Shown here: piece after piece, positions 26,017-35,111 of the stretch | How the letters are laid out: each line of letters starts with the position of its first letter | Numbering within the stretch: position 1 is the first letter of the stretch | Virus record (IMG/VR): IMGVR_UViG_3300032236_001771 | Span: 100,077-135,187 of that record | Reading direction: 5' to 3' (one strand) | Source of the DNA: a virus | Length of the DNA: 35,111 nt | Notes under the pieces: generated by a model | What the model saw: the letters and a program-made list of their open reading frames with translations, nothing else | Databases searched by the model: none | Told to the model about the DNA's origin: nothing | Translations under genes and position numbers: made by a program

Positions 26017-29000
26017 ATGCCATTAACGACCATAGGTGGAAATAGAATAACCACCGGCAGTATTGCTGAAGACAGATTAATTTATCCATATGTAAATATT
26101 TCCGGCGATACAATGACCGGAACATTAAATTTACCATCAAATGGATTAGTTGTTGGTACAAATCAATTAGTTGTTACTAACAATAGTGGTAATGTTAGAA
26201 TTGGTATTGGGAATGCAAATCCACAATATGCTCTTGATGTAACTGGACAAATAAATGCAACTAGTTTATCAATTAGTAATCAATTTAATATCAATAGTAT
26301 TGCATTAAGTACTTATGGTAGTGGTTCTGCTCCTGCAATAACGTTTAGTGGTGATACAACAACAGGTATTATAAGAAGTTATACTAATACTGTTGGATTT
26401 GTTTCTGCTGGAGCTACATCGTTAACAACAAATTCTTCTGAACTTGTTAATTATTCTGGAAAATATTCTTATATTAGGAATTCTGTTAGTGAAGCTGCTA
26501 TTGAATATAATTCAACTTATGATAAGTTATATTTTGGTAATGGAGTAACTTCTATTAGTTTTAGAACAAATAATGGTTCTGATAGAATTTTTATTAATTC
26601 TGATGGTAATGTTGGAATTAATACAAATACAATCAATCCAAATTATAAATTGTCTGTTAATGGAAGAATATATTCTACCAATGGATATTCTGGATTACAA
26701 ATAACAGATCTTCCTGGTGTTACCAGAAATCCACAAAGCGGGGAAATTTTAATTGGTAACAATACTAATATTTGGTCTTTAGGTACACTTACTGCAGGAA
26801 CTGGAATTTCCATTATTAATTCTAATGGTGCTATTATAATTACTACAAATGTTGGTGGTGGTTCTAGTGGTGGATCAATTGGTTCTGGGGTATCAAGTAT
26901 TAGTGGAACTGCAAATCAAATTTATGTTAGTAGTACTACTGGAAATATTGTAGCAAGTTTACCACAAGATATTAATATCACATCAAATGTTAGATTTAAT
27001 AATGTTACGGCAAATACATTTTATGGATCTGGTTCTGGAATAACTCAAATTCCAAATACTGCATTATCTTCTAGTTCTGTTAGTGTTAATACAATTAATG
27101 GTATTTCTGGTGGTGGTTCAGTTGCTCTTGGTGGTAGTTTAACATTATCTAATACTGGAGTTACTTCTTTATATGGTACAGCAAGTCAAGTATTAGTTTC
27201 AAGTAATACTGGAAATATAACACTTTCTCTTCCTCAAAGTATTGCAAGTACATCAAGTCCCACATTTTCTGGTCTTACATTAAATTCACCATTAGGAATT
27301 TATTCTGGAGGAACTGGATTAACATCAACTGGAGTAATATCAACAGTATTAACGTCAACAGGAACTGGTACAACATGGGCAATTATTCCTGGAGAAGTTG
27401 CATTAAAACGTTATTATGTTACTAAAAATGGTAGTGATAGTAATGATGGATTATCAGTAAAATATGCATTTGGTTCTATTAGTTATGCTTTACTTCAAGC
27501 AGCATCTGCTGGAGTTCCTTGTGCAATTTATGTATCTTCTGGTGATTATACATTAAATAATTCTGCTGGTCCAGTAACAATCCCAGCAAATTGTTCTTTA
27601 ATTGGTGATTCAGTAAGAGAAACAGTTATTCGTCCATCAACAAATGGAAACGGATTATTTTATTTTTCAAGTGGGATTTATCTTGGTAATTTTGCTTTTA
27701 GAGATAAATTAAATTTAGACGGAACATATGCCGGAACTTGGAGTTGGGTAGGACAATTTGTTCCTAATGGAATTATTGTTCAATCTCCATATATTCAAAA
27801 TTGTTCTATAATTTCTGGTACAACACCAGATGGATTACTTGGTAATGGTGGTGGAGGAATTTTAGCTGATGGTAATGCATTGAATGCAGCAACTGTATTA
27901 AAGAGTATGGTTGCTAATGCATTCACTATTATTAGTTCAAATGGTATTGGATATCAAGTACAGAACAATGCTTATATGCAATTGGTTTCTGTCTTCACTA
28001 TTTTCTGTAATAAAGGGGTTTATACAAAATCTGGTGGTTATGTTTCTGTTTCTAATTCTGCCAATAATTTTGGTAATTATGCTTTATATTCGGAAGGTTT
28101 TTCAACAACTGCATTTAATCAAGATTCTGGAACAATTGTTGGTTCTGGATATGATACTAGCTTTGGATTAGGAACAACGGTTTCTTATTTACAGATAAAT
28201 GGATTAGGAAGATTTTCAAATAGTGATCAATCAAATTATATTGTAAAATTTTATGGAGCAGGTAATACTGATGTAACTGCAACGTATGTTAATGGATATA
28301 ATCTTGGAAATCAAGTTTATGTTAATGAAGTTAATTTAGTTGGTAGTGGTGTTTCTTCTATAGATTATAGATTTTTATTAAATACAACATTGTCTACTGG
28401 TTCTACTTTACCAACAGATGGTACTGTATCTGTTAAATTGTATAGACCAAGTATTATTAATGCCTCTAATTATACTTGGGAGTATGTTGGATCTGGTATA
28501 TCGTATTCTGCTTTCCCTGGAAAAAATCCAATTCAATTAGGATTAACGCAGAAAACATCTAGGGAACAATATGATTATCAATCAGCAACAGATAATGGAG
28601 AAACTGGACCAACAGCAGCAAATTATGGAAGAATTTATGCTTCAGGAACAAATGAAACTGGTGATTTTAAAGTAGGAAAATTAATTACAGCAAATAATAG
28701 AATTGGAAATCTTACTCTTAAAGGTTCTATTTCTTTAGATAGAATTTATACGTTAAAATTTGTTAATAGTCCTATTTCTGTTAATAATATTTCATCTGAT
28801 CCCACTTTAGGTGGAGCAAATGCAAACGATACTACATTATCTACACAAAAAGCAATAACAACCTATTCGGTTAATAATTTAGGTTCGTTATATAATAAAG
28901 TTCCAACAACTGGATCAGGTTCTAGTTTTTCTAATGGAAATTATCTTGTACAACTTGATGGTACTGGAAGAATTAATGCTTCTCAAATACCACCATTGCC

Positions 29001-30495
29001 AATCTATAATACTTTTAGTGTTGGTAGTACTTCAGACAGATATACCTCTGGTACAACATATCCTACGTTAAAAATTGGTGATATTGTTTTACAGCAAAAT
29101 CCACTTTCTAACTGGATTGTTAAAAATTTACCTACAAACCAAATCAATTTTACTTTAACTATTTCTAGTGGTACATTTGAAAATAATACTTCATTTATTC
29201 AATATGGAACTGGAAATACTGGTTATATTACATCTATTACAGGTTCTGGTGCAACATATAGTGTAACCGCATTAATTACTAATGGATATTTTGGTACTGG
29301 AATTACTGTACAAAAAGTTGGTAATGCAGCTTCTGTTGGAACTATTACAAACTTAGTTGATAATTTCCAACGTCTTGATTCTAATACTAATACGATTGAT
29401 GCTTCAGCAATTATTTCGGGAATTATTACTCCTGGTAGATTAGGAACTGGTGTTGCTAACTCTGATAGTTTCTTAACTGGTAATTCAACTTATTCTAAAG
29501 TTGTACAATCTTTATCGTTAGCTTATGCTGATGCAGATAATCCTGTTAATTTATTTTCTACATTAACAACAGGAACTGGGTCATCTACGTTATATTATAA
29601 AGATATTACAATTGATATTAATAAAGTTGATTCTAACTTAATAAGTGGTGGATTTACAAATCTTGGTGTTGCTAAGTTTAATAGTAATGATTTTACTGTT
29701 GGAACTGTAGGAACTGCGGGTCAAGTATCATTAAGTACAGTTTCAACAGCTAAAGGTGGATTTGGACAAAATGTAAGTTCATCAACAGGTTTAGTTAGAT
29801 TTACTGCAGGAACATTAAGTTTTGATACTAAAGCATTCCCAACAGGAACTATTGTTGGTACAACAGATAATCAACAGATATCAAATAAACTTATTGGTAG
29901 TGGATCTACTTGGAATGGAAATATTATTTCTATTTCTTATGGTGGTACTGGAGCAACAAGTCAATCTACAGCAGCAAATAATATTCTTCCTTCACAATCA
30001 ACATATGCTGGAAATTATTTAATTACTGATGGAACAAATGCTTATTGGGGTGTTGGAGTATCAACAGTTGTTGCTGGAACTGGTATTACAGTTAGTGGTG
30101 TAGGAACAGGAACAGTTACGGTTTCCTTCAATTCAAGTGCATCATTACCTTCTATAAATATCAATACATCAAGTATTGGTACTGGAGATACTACAACATC
30201 TAATACTTCACAAGTAGTATTGGATAATTTTTCCAGTAGTTCTTATAGAACAGCTAAGTATTTGATACAAATAAAAAATACTGATAATACCGCGTATCAA
30301 TCATCAGAATTGCTTTTAATTCATGATGGAACAACTGCTTACTTGACACAGTATGCTATAATAAATACAGGCACTAATCTTGGAACATTTGATTCTACGG
30401 TTTCTGCTGGCGGAACAGTTTCGTTATTATATACCCCAACATTTAATAACAATAAAGTTAGATTCTATCGCACGTACATTCAAACATTTAATTAA
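26017..30495 (+). CDS. Large tail-fibre-like protein
   Basis: G/T/S-rich fibre repeats (GNVGIN, YGGTG), YVTKNGSDSNDG beta-helix module paralogous to 22007, C-terminal YRTAKYLIQI...LIHDG domain. Confidence 0.78.
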   Translation: MPLTTIGGNRITTGSIAEDRLIYPYVNISGDTMTGTLNLPSNGLVVGTNQLVVTNNSGNVRIGIGNANPQYALDVTGQINATSLSISNQFNINSIALSTYGSGSAPAITFSGDTTTGIIRSYTNTVGFVSAGATSLTTNSSELVNYSGKYSYIRNSVSEAAIEYNSTYDKLYFGNGVTSISFRTNNGSDRIFINSDGNVGINTNTINPNYKLSVNGRIYSTNGYSGLQITDLPGVTRNPQSGEILIGNNTNIWSLGTLTAGTGISIINSNGAIIITTNVGGGSSGGSIGSGVSSISGTANQIYVSSTTGNIVASLPQDINITSNVRFNNVTANTFYGSGSGITQIPNTALSSSSVSVNTINGISGGGSVALGGSLTLSNTGVTSLYGTASQVLVSSNTGNITLSLPQSIASTSSPTFSGLTLNSPLGIYSGGTGLTSTGVISTVLTSTGTGTTWAIIPGEVALKRYYVTKNGSDSNDGLSVKYAFGSISYALLQAASAGVPCAIYVSSGDYTLNNSAGPVTIPANCSLIGDSVRETVIRPSTNGNGLFYFSSGIYLGNFAFRDKLNLDGTYAGTWSWVGQFVPNGIIVQSPYIQNCSIISGTTPDGLLGNGGGGILADGNALNAATVLKSMVANAFTIISSNGIGYQVQNNAYMQLVSVFTIFCNKGVYTKSGGYVSVSNSANNFGNYALYSEGFSTTAFNQDSGTIVGSGYDTSFGLGTTVSYLQINGLGRFSNSDQSNYIVKFYGAGNTDVTATYVNGYNLGNQVYVNEVNLVGSGVSSIDYRFLLNTTLSTGSTLPTDGTVSVKLYRPSIINASNYTWEYVGSGISYSAFPGKNPIQLGLTQKTSREQYDYQSATDNGETGPTAANYGRIYASGTNETGDFKVGKLITANNRIGNLTLKGSISLDRIYTLKFVNSPISVNNISSDPTLGGANANDTTLSTQKAITTYSVNNLGSLYNKVPTTGSGSSFSNGNYLVQLDGTGRINASQIPPLPIYNTFSVGSTSDRYTSGTTYPTLKIGDIVLQQNPLSNWIVKNLPTNQINFTLTISSGTFENNTSFIQYGTGNTGYITSITGSGATYSVTALITNGYFGTGITVQKVGNAASVGTITNLVDNFQRLDSNTNTIDASAIISGIITPGRLGTGVANSDSFLTGNSTYSKVVQSLSLAYADADNPVNLFSTLTTGTGSSTLYYKDITIDINKVDSNLISGGFTNLGVAKFNSNDFTVGTVGTAGQVSLSTVSTAKGGFGQNVSSSTGLVRFTAGTLSFDTKAFPTGTIVGTTDNQQISNKLIGSGSTWNGNIISISYGGTGATSQSTAANNILPSQSTYAGNYLITDGTNAYWGVGVSTVVAGTGITVSGVGTGTVTVSFNSSASLPSININTSSIGTGDTTTSNTSQVVLDNFSSSSYRTAKYLIQIKNTDNTAYQSSELLLIHDGTTAYLTQYAIINTGTNLGTFDSTVSAGGTVSLLYTPTFNNNKVRFYRTYIQTFN

Positions 30496-30506
30496 GGAGT
30501 TAATTT

Positions 30507-30740
30507 ATGGCCCGTTTTCAAACTGAATTGGAAAATCTTCAAAAACAACAAAAAGAAACTATTGAAAAGTTTCAAGCTGCTGAAGCAGAAGCTTCCCGAT
30601 ATCGTGAACTTACAATTAAGCTTCAAGGAGCTATTGAAATTCTAACTTCTATGGATCAAGTACCTGAAGAAACTTCAGTTGCTCCTGTAAATCCAGAAGT
30701 TATGCCTGAAGTTCCTGCAGAACCTGCACCTGCAGCTTGA
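30507..30740 (+). CDS. Small coiled-coil protein
   Basis: Strong AAGGAG SD; heptad pattern ending KLQGAIEIL; Pro/Glu/Ala tail. Confidence 0.7.
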   Translation: MARFQTELENLQKQQKETIEKFQAAEAEASRYRELTIKLQGAIEILTSMDQVPEETSVAPVNPEVMPEVPAEPAPAA

Positions 30741-30758
30741 TTTTAATAATTTAATTCT

Positions 30759-30801
30759 AAACCCCTACCTGTACTAAATATATACAGGTAGGGGTTTTTT
30801 T
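30759..30801 (+). terminator. 15-bp terminator hairpin with a late-promoter motif in its loop
   Basis: AAACCCCTACCTGTA-CTAAATATA-TACAGGTAGGGGTTT-TTTT. Confidence 0.85.
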
Positions 30802-30807
30802 AATACC

Positions 30808-31146
30808 ATGGCTGTATCAGTCAGTAATTTAGTAATAAATCAAGGTTCAGATTTTACAACGAGTATCATTTTAAATGATGCTTCAGGAAATCCATTGGAT
30901 TTAACTACTTTTACTGGGATTAGTCAACTTAGAAAACATTATGGTAGCAATACTTATACAAATTTTAATGTAACTTTTGCTACTCCAAAAACTGGTGGGA
31001 CTATTACTTTAACATTAACTCACGTTCAAACTAAAAATTTAGCTTCTGGTCGTTATGTTTATGATGTAGTTCTTATTGATGCTGGTGGAAATAGAACTAG
31101 GGTATTAGAAGGAATAGCAACTGTAGTTGATGGAGTTACATTCTAA
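30808..31146 (+). CDS. Small Ig-like (BppU-like) virion adaptor protein
   Basis: NLVINQGSDF, PLDLT, QLRKHY, GRYVYDVVL, TRVLEG.ATV. Confidence 0.7.
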   Translation: MAVSVSNLVINQGSDFTTSIILNDASGNPLDLTTFTGISQLRKHYGSNTYTNFNVTFATPKTGGTITLTLTHVQTKNLASGRYVYDVVLIDAGGNRTRVLEGIATVVDGVTF

Positions 31147-31391
31147 TGGCAGATATTAAAGCAAGGGTTGTACCTACCCCACCAATTCAAACAAGATTTG
31201 GAGATCAAACACAACCACAAGTATTTCAATCTATTGTTACAAATCCAAGTGGTACAGTATATCTTACAAATTTAGCTGATGTTGATTCTACAGGATTAAA
31301 GGATGGGTCTGTTCCAATTTATGATTCGGCTTCACATAAATTTAAATTAGATCAAACTCGTAATGACATTACGGACGGTGGAAATTTTTAA
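31146..31391 (+). CDS. Small virion protein ending in DGGNF
   Basis: L.DVD...DGSV..YD...KF motif; TAATG-type coupling to the previous gene. Confidence 0.7.
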   Translation: MADIKARVVPTPPIQTRFGDQTQPQVFQSIVTNPSGTVYLTNLADVDSTGLKDGSVPIYDSASHKFKLDQTRNDITDGGNF

Positions 31392-31392
31392 G

Positions 31393-31400
31393 AATAAATA
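31393..31400 (+). promoter_or_regulatory. T4-type late promoter
   Basis: AATAAATA before ATG 31429. Confidence 0.55.
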
Positions 31401-31428
31401 TTAATAAAAGAAACGCCAGGAACCATAA

Positions 31429-33753
31429 ATGTCATCCATTATTAGAATTAGAAGAAGAACTAGTCCAGGTTCTGCTGGTGCTCCAAGTTCTCTTTACCAA
31501 GCAGAAATAGCCTTTAATGAAGTTGATAAAGTACTTTATTATGGATATGGTAATGGTGGAGGAAGTCCTGCTACAGCAGCGAGTATTATTGCAATTGGTG
31601 GGGAAGGACAATATGTTACCTTAGGTACTAATCAAACAATTACTGGTAATAAAACATTTAGTGGAACTCTTACTGGTACATTAACTGGCACTGCTACTAG
31701 TGTTTCTAATTCATTAACAATTGGTGGTGGATTATCACAGAATGGAGCCACATTTAATGGTTCTTCTGCCCAAACTGTTTCGTTACCATTTATTGGTACA
31801 TCAGGAACTTATGGTTCATCAACTGCTATTCCTATTATCACCACTGATAATTATGGTAGAGTATCTGGAGTAACAACAAGTGCATTACAAAATTTAACAA
31901 TTGGTGCTGGTTTATCTCAAAATGGTAGCACTTATAATACATCAAGTTCTCAAACAATTTCTCTTCCTGTAGTATTATCAAATCCAGGAAGTTTTGGTTC
32001 TTCAACAGCAATTCCTGTAATTTCTGTTGATGGTTTTGGTAGAATTACTTCTGCTTCTACTACAAGTATTAGCACAACAATTAATTTAACTGGTAACTCT
32101 GGTACTGGTTCTGTTGCTGGTGGTGGTACTCTTGCTGTTGCTGGTGGTACTGGGATTATCAGTAGCATTGCTGGTGCTGGTATTACTGTAGCAATTGATA
32201 CTAATGTTGTTGCTACATTAACTGGAGCACAGGTATTAACAAATAAGCAAATTGATACTGGTGCTGGTAATACTGTTAAGTTTGGTGGTGTTCAAGTAAT
32301 TGGTGTTACTGGTTCTGGTACTAGCGTTGTATTAGCAACTTCACCATCATTAATTACACCAAATATTGGTGCTGCTACTGCTACTAGTGTTACTGCATCT
32401 TCTGGTAACTTAGTTCTTGCTGCTGCTTCTGGTAATAATAATGTTAATATAACACCAACTGGTAGTGGTGTTGTTGATGTTGGTGGATTTATTATTAGAA
32501 ATGTTCAAACACCTATTCTTTCTAGTGATGCAGTAAACAAATCATATGCTGATGCAATTGCATCTTCACTTAACGTTCATGATAGTGTTGCTGCTGCTAC
32601 TTGGTCACCAGTAAGTTATACTTATGTTGGTGGTGGTACTTCACAAACAATTACTACAATTTCATCTAACCTTGTTACCTTTAGTGCTAACCATGGTCTT
32701 AATACTAATGATCAGGTAAGGTCAAATAATACTGCAAATGGTTTTACTACTGGTACAACGTATTATGTTTTAACAGTTCCTGGTCTTAATCAAGTAACTC
32801 TTTCTACAACTCCTGGTGGAGCAACAAAAACTTTAACTGATGGAACTGGATTATCAATTAGTACTACAACAAATCAAGGTGTTGGTGCTCAATTAACTGG
32901 TACTGGGCAAACAGTTGACCAATATAATGTTCAAGTTAATGATAGAATTTTAGTTTTAAACCATACAAACAATGCTTATAATGGTGTTTATGTTGTAACA
33001 ACTGTTGGTACTGGTTCTAATGGTGTATGGACAAGAGCAACTGATTATGATAACTCACCAACGGGAGAAATCCTTCCTGGTGATTTTATTTTTGTTGGTA
33101 GTGGTACAACATATGCTAAGAGTGGTTGGGCTCAAACTACTGCTGGTCCAATTATTGTTGGTACAAGTTTAATTCAGTTTACCCAATTTAGTGGTGCTGG
33201 TACTTATACTGCTGGTACTGGTATCAGTATTGTTGGTAACAACATTGCATTATCTAATACTACGTTAACGGTAACTGCTGGTACAGGATTAACTGGTGGT
33301 GGTGCAGTTGCTTTAGGGCAAGCAATTACAGTAAATAATGCTGGTGTTTTAACTGTTGCTGGTACATCAAACCAAGTATTGGTTAATGGTACAACTGGTA
33401 CTGGTACATCTGGTGCTATTACTTTAGGATTACCACAAGCAATTGCTACTGGTTCTGGTGTTACTTTTGGTGCATTACTTGTAACTGGAAATATTTTATC
33501 CAGTGGTACTGGTACAAGTTTAGGTACAATTGTTAATACAGTTTGGAATGGTAGTACAGTTACAGTTCCTTATGGTGGTACTGGAGTTACTACCTTTACA
33601 ACAAAAGGTGTTTTATATGGTAATGCTGGTTCAGCAATTCAAGTTACTGCAACTGCTGGTACAGGAGATAGCAATACATCAAACCAAATTTTAACTGTTG
33701 ATGGAAATGGAGTTCCTGTTTGGTCTTCTTACATTGATGGGGGAACTTTTTAA
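31429..33753 (+). CDS. Glycine/threonine-rich fibre protein
   Basis: IIRIRRRTS..APSSL..AEIAFN N-terminus, DAVNKSYAD, DRILV..NGVYVV..WTRATD module, ends IDGGTF. Confidence 0.78.
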   Translation: MSSIIRIRRRTSPGSAGAPSSLYQAEIAFNEVDKVLYYGYGNGGGSPATAASIIAIGGEGQYVTLGTNQTITGNKTFSGTLTGTLTGTATSVSNSLTIGGGLSQNGATFNGSSAQTVSLPFIGTSGTYGSSTAIPIITTDNYGRVSGVTTSALQNLTIGAGLSQNGSTYNTSSSQTISLPVVLSNPGSFGSSTAIPVISVDGFGRITSASTTSISTTINLTGNSGTGSVAGGGTLAVAGGTGIISSIAGAGITVAIDTNVVATLTGAQVLTNKQIDTGAGNTVKFGGVQVIGVTGSGTSVVLATSPSLITPNIGAATATSVTASSGNLVLAAASGNNNVNITPTGSGVVDVGGFIIRNVQTPILSSDAVNKSYADAIASSLNVHDSVAAATWSPVSYTYVGGGTSQTITTISSNLVTFSANHGLNTNDQVRSNNTANGFTTGTTYYVLTVPGLNQVTLSTTPGGATKTLTDGTGLSISTTTNQGVGAQLTGTGQTVDQYNVQVNDRILVLNHTNNAYNGVYVVTTVGTGSNGVWTRATDYDNSPTGEILPGDFIFVGSGTTYAKSGWAQTTAGPIIVGTSLIQFTQFSGAGTYTAGTGISIVGNNIALSNTTLTVTAGTGLTGGGAVALGQAITVNNAGVLTVAGTSNQVLVNGTTGTGTSGAITLGLPQAIATGSGVTFGALLVTGNILSSGTGTSLGTIVNTVWNGSTVTVPYGGTGVTTFTTKGVLYGNAGSAIQVTATAGTGDSNTSNQILTVDGNGVPVWSSYIDGGTF
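31714..32067 (+). repeat. Diverged 180-nt (60 aa) tandem duplication inside the fibre gene
   Basis: LTIGGGLSQNGATFN...GTYGSSTAIP...GRV versus LTIGAGLSQNGSTYN...GSFGSSTAIP...GRI, starting at 31714 and 31894. Confidence 0.8.
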
Positions 33754-33759
33754 TAAATA
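33752..33759 (+). promoter_or_regulatory. T4-type late promoter
   Basis: AATAAATA overlapping the upstream stop codon. Confidence 0.55.
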
Positions 33760-33821
33760 ACTAAAAATCAAGGGAGTATATACTCCTATTTAATGCTAGA
33801 TAGCGGAGATTATGAGTCCAT

Positions 33822-34457
33822 ATGGCAACACCAATTTATTTAAGAAGTAGTGCAGTTGCATCTAAAGTTCCAACCACAACAACTCTTGCATTAAGAGAGT
33901 TAGGAGCTAATACAACTGATGGAAAATTATATTTAAGACAAGGTACTGGATTAGTATCTGATATTATTATACCAGTAAATATTTGGAATGCATCTACTGG
34001 TGGTACTACTGCATATAATACTTATTTTACTGCTGGTAATGTTGGTATTGGTAAGACCAATCCAACATATAATCTTGATGTATCAGGAACAGCAGCATTT
34101 ACATCAATTTCTGTTGGTAGTACAATTAGTTTTGGAACAGTATTTGATACAATTGGTTATACTGCAACCACAACATCAACAAGTCAAGCAACTGTTGTTA
34201 GTTTAAGTTCTACAATTTATCGTGCTGCAGAATATACTATTCAAACAACAAGAGGAACAAATTATAAAATTAGTAAAGTTGTATTAATTCATGATGGTAC
34301 AACACCAACAATTAGCGAACAAGATATTATTTCTATTGGTGTTGACCCAGCATCTTATGATGCATCAATTAGTGGAGGTAACATATTATTATTAGCAACC
34401 CCAACTAGTGCTACAAGTACTAAGTTTCAGATCGCAGTAAATGCATTTAAAATCTAA
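33822..34457 (+). CDS. Short fibre/adaptor protein
   Basis: IYLRSSAVASKVP..L..RELGANTTDGKLY N-terminus, GNVGIG repeat, C-terminal YRAAEYTIQ...LIHDG domain. Confidence 0.75.
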   Translation: MATPIYLRSSAVASKVPTTTTLALRELGANTTDGKLYLRQGTGLVSDIIIPVNIWNASTGGTTAYNTYFTAGNVGIGKTNPTYNLDVSGTAAFTSISVGSTISFGTVFDTIGYTATTTSTSQATVVSLSSTIYRAAEYTIQTTRGTNYKISKVVLIHDGTTPTISEQDIISIGVDPASYDASISGGNILLLATPTSATSTKFQIAVNAFKI

Positions 34458-34463
34458 TAAATA
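34456..34463 (+). promoter_or_regulatory. T4-type late promoter
   Basis: AATAAATA overlapping the upstream stop codon. Confidence 0.55.
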
Positions 34464-34497
34464 CTAAGGACACACTCTAAGGGGATAGTGAACCTTA

Positions 34498-35111
34498 ATG
34501 GCTAATAACGTAAATTTTCAGGTTAAAAACGGTCTTACTGTAGGTACTGGTGGAAGTATTTTAATTTCTACTGGTAATAGCGTTGGTATCGGAACTACAA
34601 CACCAAATACAGCATTACAAGTATCTGGAACTATTACTGGTACTACGTTTAGTGGTTCTGCATCTGGATTGACAAGCGTTCCTGCAGGACAACTTACAGG
34701 TACAATTCCATCAGGAGTATTAGGAAATTCTTCAGTTTATATTGGTTCTACTTCTGTTGCTTTAAATAGAACAACTGGATATTTACAATTAAGTTCTGTT
34801 GATATTGTCGGTACAGCAACAACATCAACAAATCAATCTGGTGGTTTTGTTAATGCTAGCACTGGTAGTTTTAGTGGACAGATAACAGCAGCAACTGGAT
34901 CTGCTTCTGCTCCATCTTATAGTTTTACAGGAGATACTGGAACTGGAATTTATCGTCCTAGTGCTAATAATGTTGCTATTAGTACTAATAGTCAATCAAG
35001 ATTAACTGTTGATTCTAGTGGTAATATTTCAATAACATCTGCTGGTTCAGCAACAGCACCAAGTATTCAAATTGGTTCTGGTACGACTTATAATCCAGGC
35101 ATCTACTCCCC
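34498..35111 (+). CDS. Tail-fibre-like protein, 3'-truncated by window edge (not in ORF track)
   Basis: MANNVNFQVKNGLTVG...VGIGTTTP...GSASAPSYSFTGDTGTGIYRP; frame open to the end of the window; GGGGA upstream. Confidence 0.8.
   Translation, partial: MANNVNFQVKNGLTVGTGGSILISTGNSVGIGTTTPNTALQVSGTITGTTFSGSASGLTSVPAGQLTGTIPSGVLGNSSVYIGSTSVALNRTTGYLQLSSVDIVGTATTSTNQSGGFVNASTGSFSGQITAATGSASAPSYSFTGDTGTGIYRPSANNVAISTNSQSRLTVDSSGNISITSAGSATAPSIQIGSGTTYNPGIYS

Noticed and set aside
30343-30362. TTGACA and TATAAT as a classical promoter pair
   Set aside because: Spacer is only 8 nt; only the extended -10 is retained as a weak possibility
23449-34206. Short nested or antisense ORFs inside fibre genes (23449, 25240, 25742, 27911, 29822, 31950, 33988)
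   Set aside because: Expected by-products of the strong codon bias in G/T/S-rich genes
1-35111. Alternative genetic code or stop-codon reassignment
   Set aside because: Known genes translate full length with the standard code and end at TAA, TGA or TAG

Overview
This window is an AT-rich segment of a T4-like myovirus genome, most likely a cyanophage (Kyanoviridae-like). The assignment rests on gene order and on thyX, phoH, speD, a CP12-type peptide and T4-type late promoters. From left to right it contains: (1) a replication and nucleotide block (RNase H, ThyX, PhoH, exonuclease, gp33, gp59, gp32); (2) a reverse-strand block (gp53, gp48, gp2, gp4); (3) a baseplate hub and tail block (gp54-like, gp26, gp51-like, two tape-measure-like proteins, gp27-like, a split gp5, PAAR); (4) speD and a non-coding island with a tRNA relic, an atypical tRNA-Thr(UGU) and a candidate sRNA; (5) a run of modular tail-fibre-like genes continuing off the right edge. 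The most notable signals, mostly outside the supplied ORF track, are a probable -1 programmed frameshift (T TTT TTC) joining gp26 to the start-less gp51-like ORF just before the tape-measure genes, a 40-aa CP12 variant made of an amphipathic helix plus only the C-terminal Cys pair, an ~70-nt sRNA with its own promoter and terminator, and matching terminal motifs among the fibre genes. All calls come from motif recognition and synteny by eye; no searches were run.
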